In this document: in pieces, positions 58,931 to 64,000 of the stretch
How positions within the stretch are numbered: the stretch's first letter is position 1
How the letters are laid out: each line of letters opens with the position of its first letter
Source: Marsupella aquatica
Taxonomy: Eukaryota > Plantae > Marchantiophyta
Assembly: GCA_973895155.1 (NCBI GenBank)
Contig: OZ316897.1
Coordinates: forward strand, 5,287,976 to 5,351,975
DNA: 64,000 nt
Direction of reading: 5' to 3'
Notes under the pieces: model-generated
Database searches by the model: none
Told to the model about the DNA's origin: nothing
Seen by the model: only the letters and a program-made list of their open reading frames with translations
Program-made: the position numbers and the translations under genes

Positions 58931-60325
58931 CAAAAAGTTTGATGATAATTTTTCTACACAAATTACTGCGAGTTTGTTTGAAGTTCTTGAAGCACATGGA
59001 GAGTGTTATGGTGGAGGAAGACTACTCTTGTATGAATGAGACCTTCAAGGTGAATTATGCTGATTGATTGTGAAAGAAAGTGAGCTACTGTTGATCATTG
59101 GAGGATGAGGGGGAACTGATGTATAGCAGTAGACCAAGGGCAATCATCAATTGGATTGTAGTGGACAATTGATTTGAATTAGTGGACCAAAGTTTAAATG
59201 GAGGTTAGAAGCTTGATTAGGAGCTACATTGAGAGGGAAGCACTCAGCCCATGGTGAGGTTTGGATTGGAGTGGATTGGAGTGGTTGAAAAGTATTTAAG
59301 GATTGTAGTTTTTTGTGTTGGGGGACAAATGCCTTGTTGCTTAGTAAAAACTTTACCCGCATGGAGTGGAAACTAAGATCAACAAGCATATGATCCTAGA
59401 GTTGGATAGTTGTAGAGAAGTGAGAAGGACCTTGGACAAAGGTTCCATTTGTTTCAGGAAATTTATGATGTTACAAAAGTCTCTTCTTCTTGAATCCTTT
59501 TTTTGCTATGATTTCAATTCTTTAGTTAACATGAGAACTGAGCTTTAGAGAGATTGAGTACTTGGATGTTACCTTGTGCTCAAGCCGGTTGATTTCCAGA
59601 ATGTTTGATATGCTTTATGTGGTGTGTTTTGTTATTTATCTTTGGTGTTCCATTGGCCAAAGTTACCTCTGGGAGTGACACTCTAATTTCTAGAGCCGGG
59701 AGGTGATTTTTGACTAGGGAAGCTGCTATATAAAATCTTATGCTTGAGATTGTGTTGTAGTTGGGACCTATGGGCTCAGCCACTAGTTCCATTCTACAAA
59801 CCAATTGATGGTAAGAATAGCAACATAACAACAACAAAACTTATATATGGGGTACCCAATAGGGTTTTCTCACTGACCTATTGGTTTGTTGTTGGAATAT
59901 AAGATCAACTAGAAGTTGTGGTGTGACTTCAGGTTCTCCCTGGTCCGGGCAGTACACCTTGGCATCATATTGGCGGTTCCTTATGAAGCCTTGGTGCCTC
60001 TAGTTGTGAGATTTTAGTAGGGGCTTGCTTGCAGGTTTTCCCTAGCTACCCTACTTGAAGCATATTAGTAAAAGTTGCACTTTCATAGGGAAGGAGTCCT
60101 TGTGGAGAGTTAAGTTGTTTTGTCGTTGTAGTCTATTTCTTTTGAAGTGGAGAAAGCTCTTCAGCCTCTTGGAAGATAGAGGTGGGGTTTTGTTGGTTCT
60201 AAGAAGTATTTTCATCCATCTTTCGCTTGTGGTCCCACCCTAAGCTCTTCCATGGGAACAAACTGGTAGAAATAGATATTATGCTTGGGTTGTGTGCTAC
60301 CCGTGAGTTACCCACCACAACATTT

Positions 60326-60343
60326 TGGTGCCGCTGCCGGGGA
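60326..60343 (+). other. Primer-binding site, Athila-type (tRNA-Asp)
   Basis: TGGTGCCGCTGCCGGGGA directly follows CA-TTT and matches the Athila consensus TGGCGCCGTTGCCGGGGA at 16/18. Confidence 0.75.
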
Positions 60344-60597
60344 GTTGTGGCGTGAAGACAAGAAGTGGAAGACCTGGATGAGTGAACAACAGTAACGATA
60401 TTCAACAAGGAGTGTAAAAAAGACTATTGCAGATCAGGAGGAGGAAGGGAGAGCTTCATCGAGGGACGCTTTGGTGAAGAGGACCACACCTGCACCGACT
60501 GTAGCTGCGGTACCAGTTCAGATCACTCCTGCCCAGGTAATTCCAATATCAGCCTATTCATTAAAAGTGTATTTTCTTTTGTTCACAGATCAATCTT

Positions 60598-60680
60598 GAA
60601 ATGTACACTTTCATGTCCCCAAATGTACACTTTAAGAAACCCAAATGTACACTTTTTGGTCTCTAAATGTACACTTTAGA
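60598..60680. repeat. Four copies of AAATGTACACTTT spaced ~20-24 bp apart
   Basis: Directly visible in the sequence. Confidence 0.8.
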
Positions 60681-60819
60681 GGCCAAATCATATTAGTATT
60701 ATATTAATAAATAATACATATTATATCATTTATTGATTCACAAAGAATAATAGAATAGAGATCATTATTTATTAATTCACAAAGAATAGTAGGATAGAGA
60801 TCATACTTATAAAAACATT

Positions 60820-62061
60820 TCAGCACAAAGAAGCCCTTGAATATGTGTGAACAAAATGACATAACTCCATATAGATTATAAAATAATATACAATTATCTC
60901 CAAATTTATAATGTATTTCTTCTGTCTAAGGGGCTTAACATGAGTCAGATCTCTAAACAAAGTGCTCCTTACAATGTGTATTTGACACGTGCCCCTTTCT
61001 CCTTTACTATCTACCCTAGTGTCACGGTTGCAAGTCCCTTTATCTTTTGGGAGCTGAAACTTGGTGGTGTTGTTCCTAATGGCTATAATCTCCCGCAAAA
61101 AATGTCTGGGATTTTCTCTATACGGACTTGAATAGTCCCGTCCTACAAATGCTTTAGCAAGTGAGGTGACAAGTGCATCGTCAAGTTCTGCCTCAGGACG
61201 TAAACTACATATACGATGCTTCACGTTCCAAGAAATCTCATTGCTATTGAGGTCCAACACACTATGCGTAAACTGTGACTTCCAAATTTTTGTTGCGCAT
61301 CTCTTACTAAGTTGATCATAAGTAATTTCATTTTTTACCTTGTCTCTCTTTATGTGCAATAGAGACCACAGTGTAGAGTTAAGAAGAAGATAACATCTAA
61401 TGTCACTTGCATGTGATAGTTTCTCAAGACAAGGCCAAAGAATTATAAGAAGAAAATTATCTCCACGATTGGCATGCGTGTAGGGCACTGGAAATAGTCC
61501 GGTCATGCTTCGGTTGGCAAATGCCTTAAGGGGGGAGTCATCCACAAGGAGGGTGTTGGTTTCATCATATAGATTTCCAAATCCACTCCATACCACCCGA
61601 AAATCCTTCAGTAGAAGATTTTCCTTTCCGTTTGTAATGTCACGCCTTTGAATGCCTGTGTCAAAGGCTTCCACCTGTGTGAATACAAACTTAAGTTTCA
61701 ATCTCTCCTCAACAGTGAACATCATGTTCAGCATTTTCACTGTTCGTTGTACCCCAGCACATGTCCAAATTGCAACGTCAAATCGGTCAAAAACCAACTT
61801 TAGAAACTCATGGAGCCCTGGCCTTTCTGTATACATGCGACTAATTCCATTTTTTCTATCCCAATGCACTCCATTTGGGGTCACAACATTTCTGGATTTG
61901 CCCTTGCTTTGGAATTCAACTGAATCCCAAAGTATTTTGTTAAGATCCAAAATCAACAATTTGCGCTTGATGGAACAAGGTCTTGGTTCTGCAAGTGCAA
62001 CAAATACCAATCTTAGAGAAAAAACCACATTTGAAGTTTGGATAGAGATCATCTCTGTCAA
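60820..62061 (-). CDS. FCP1/NIF-type HAD phosphatase-like ORF (probably an internal exon or a captured copy)
   Basis: KLLILDLNKIL, RPGLHEFL..FDVAIWT, LLKDFRVVW and NTLLVDDSPLK. There is no ATG at the ORF start, but a TGCAG acceptor-like site lies just upstream. Confidence 0.75.
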   Translation of the reverse strand: MTEMISIQTSNVVFSLRLVFVALAEPRPCSIKRKLLILDLNKILWDSVEFQSKGKSRNVVTPNGVHWDRKNGISRMYTERPGLHEFLKLVFDRFDVAIWTCAGVQRTVKMLNMMFTVEERLKLKFVFTQVEAFDTGIQRRDITNGKENLLLKDFRVVWSGFGNLYDETNTLLVDDSPLKAFANRSMTGLFPVPYTHANRGDNFLLIILWPCLEKLSHASDIRCYLLLNSTLWSLLHIKRDKVKNEITYDQLSKRCATKIWKSQFTHSVLDLNSNEISWNVKHRICSLRPEAELDDALVTSLAKAFVGRDYSSPYRENPRHFLREIIAIRNNTTKFQLPKDKGTCNRDTRVDSKGERGTCQIHIVRSTLFRDLTHVKPLRQKKYIINLEIIVYYFIIYMELCHFVHTYSRASLC

Positions 62062-62265
62062 TCCTGCATACTGACCGTATTCATTGAGAAACCGTAAAGA
62101 GGAGATGGATATTGATACTGATGCTCTAATTGTTAAACTTGAAGTATAATTATACAGACTATATTATATCAAATTGATAAGGTCACATGGCTCAATCTAG
62201 ACCTTGGCTAACAATGAGATCCATATTCATCAATCAAGATATCATCACCGAGCTCTTGTTGGATC

Positions 62266-62552
62266 CTCGGGGGGTTAACTTAGTGTATATTTTGGGGTAC
62301 CACGTGCGATCCTAGCCTAATATAAACACACCTATTTTATAATGGGAATATTCTAAAAATATTCTCTATTTTCAATACTAATGACCTATTTTACTTTATA
62401 AAAGGTATACATTAGAGAATATTCTACAAATATAGGTTTATAATACCTTCTTTTGCTTCCTACACTTTTTAAAAATTTAGCTAATTTATATGAAAAATAC
62501 CTATTTTGGATCGCACGTGGTTCCTAAGATTGTTGATAGTCAACCCCCCGAG
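62266..62552. mobile_element. 287-bp MITE with an 8-bp TSD
   Basis: TIRs CTCGGGGGGTT...ACCACGTGCGATCC at both ends (~47 bp, imperfect in the middle). Perfect TSD GTTGGATC at 62258-62265 and 62553-62560. AT-rich core. Confidence 0.9.
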
Positions 62553-63045
62553 GTTGGATCTCATAATTGACATCGAAGGTACTCTCCTCTATCCAATAAG
62601 GTGCAGACCAAACCGGAGTTATCAATCCCAATCCTCCACTTCTATAAGTTGGATCTTTCTTGTGCTTTTTGTACGAGTCAATTGTTCAAAATTGATTGAG
62701 CAGCATCCAACGCAACTTCAGTTCCTACATCGGGTCCACTTTTCCACACGTAACATTGACAATCATATTCAAGTGACTTATATCCAGTTGATCCTACTCT
62801 CTTCCCTTTCTTTTTTGAGAGTGGAAGGATAACAGGACTTCTTGATGTGATCGAACAAACACCAATTTGTCATCAAAAGCGGAAAAGAGTGTATCGGGAC
62901 AAATTGAAGCACCTGCCTGGTTGTCAGCAGTCGTGGATGCACTTGCTTCATTCACGGGAATGTCAGCTATTTGGATGGGTTGTGGTCTCAATCCCAATGT
63001 GTCGAGTTCATTATGCCTCTCCGCACCTTGATTGAGAAGGTTGTT

Positions 63046-64000
63046 TTAAGACAATTTTTCAAATGTATCAACTTCTAGCTCACCGGCTATAATTTTCTCG
63101 GTGGTGGTGAGCATGGTCAAGGGGCGCCAGTTGCTGAGCTCTTGTACTTCTTGATTCTTGGGAATGAGTTTAATAACTCCTACAGAGGCCTTAGTAGTCA
63201 ACCAACCATATGTCCAGAATGCCTGAATCATTTCCACACACGCGAATTTCATGTACTCCCACCCAATGTGCAGCATTTCCAAGGTTACCCCATCAATCCC
63301 AGGAGACTTGTCCCTGGGTAGAGCTAGGACCGTTTTTTCAATTTTTGCTGCATCAGGTACAGCGGCCAACGCAGCATTCTTGCGCGATGTGATCTTAGTG
63401 GTGATGAGTTCCATCATGGTATCCCGGAGTCTCCCTCTCATTCACACTAGAATCATGAGCATAGAGTTCTGTGTAGAATGATGACACCTCCCGAAGAATT
63501 TGTTCTTCGTCTTCGCAATCTTCCCCATTTGCCAATGTTAGACGTTTGATGCTTTCTTTGGCTTGCTTAGCCTTAAGCTGGTTGATGAAGTATTTTGTGG
63601 GCACCTCCCCTAACTGGAGCCAACAAACCCTACTTTTCCGTCTGAGTTTGATTGCATCATCCTGGACAATTCTCCTCACTCGCTCTTCCTCCTTTTGTAG
63701 ATCCTTGATATATCGGGAGTGGCAACAAGACCAGCCTGGATATGCAAATCTTGTAGTTGGTTCCCGGGATGTTGTGACAACCTACCCTCCATTCTTTTGT
63801 GTTTTTCAGCTTGAAGAAACCGTTTCACAGCGCCCCATGCCAGGTCCCAATTTACCCGGGGATCCCTAGTGTCGTCCATGTGTTGATTCCATGTCTCCTT
63901 CAATGCATGCTCCATCTCAGGGGAGTCAATGATGCCGACGTCCATTTTGAAGTATGTGGATTTCCTTTGAAGTCCCATTTGGGATTTTTGTTTGAGAACA
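63046..64000 (-). mobile_element. LINE (L1/Tx1-like) ORF2 fragment with frameshifts
   Basis: KSRVCWLQLGEVPTKYF, KSPGIDG and IKLIPK..NWRPLTMLTT..KII. Confidence 0.9.

Larger units (their letters stand above)
40900..60343 (+). mobile_element. Athila-like LTR (~40911-41290 plus 58165-60322) split by the CACTA element, preceded by a PPT-like tract and followed by a PBS
   Basis: Purine tract AAAGGGGAGA at 40900-40909. The end ..CCACCACAACA at 60322 is followed by a PBS. The start TATATGTAGTAG resembles a G>A-decayed inverted copy of the end. Continuity of the two parts is inferred from the CACTA TSD. Confidence 0.45.

Noticed and set aside
60535-62503. Weak inverted similarity AGGTA..AAAAGTGTA suggesting a MULE around the FCP1-like ORF
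   Set aside because: The right-hand match lies inside the 287-bp MITE, there is no TSD, and a low-complexity AT-rich match is likely chance.

Overview
Eukaryotic, repeat-dense land-plant DNA; a bryophyte or liverwort source is my inference. There is one clear host gene, an intronless RLCK-XI-type kinase with a ~515-aa kinase insert (10358-13105, - strand). Most of the rest is a nest of mobile elements whose boundaries I traced by termini and target-site duplications (TSDs). Two systems stand out. (1) Eleven copies from four divergent families (called I-IV here) of ~3.8-4.7 kb units bounded by TGT...ACA. Two complete copies have perfect 5-bp TSDs. Each unit carries one long ORF sharing an invariant G-[FYW]-x4-C-x10-F-x5-H-x3-P core; families I-III add a coiled coil. 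None has gag/pol, a paired LTR, or an adjacent PBS/PPT, so they are either protein-coding giant solo LTRs or a stand-alone non-autonomous element class. One copy has an intact 1210-codon ORF. (2) A complete 16.9-kb CACTA transposon (41291-58161, TSD AAA) carries a SET-domain exon between the N-terminal exon and the catalytic exons of its transposase, with splice phases compatible with alternative splicing, plus a divergently oriented TnpA-like gene. Also present: two conventional solo LTRs, a copia-like LTR, an Athila-like LTR with PBS, three LINE fragments, a 287-bp MITE with an 8-bp TSD and an FCP1/NIF-like phosphatase ORF. All domain names come from motif recognition by eye; no searches were run.
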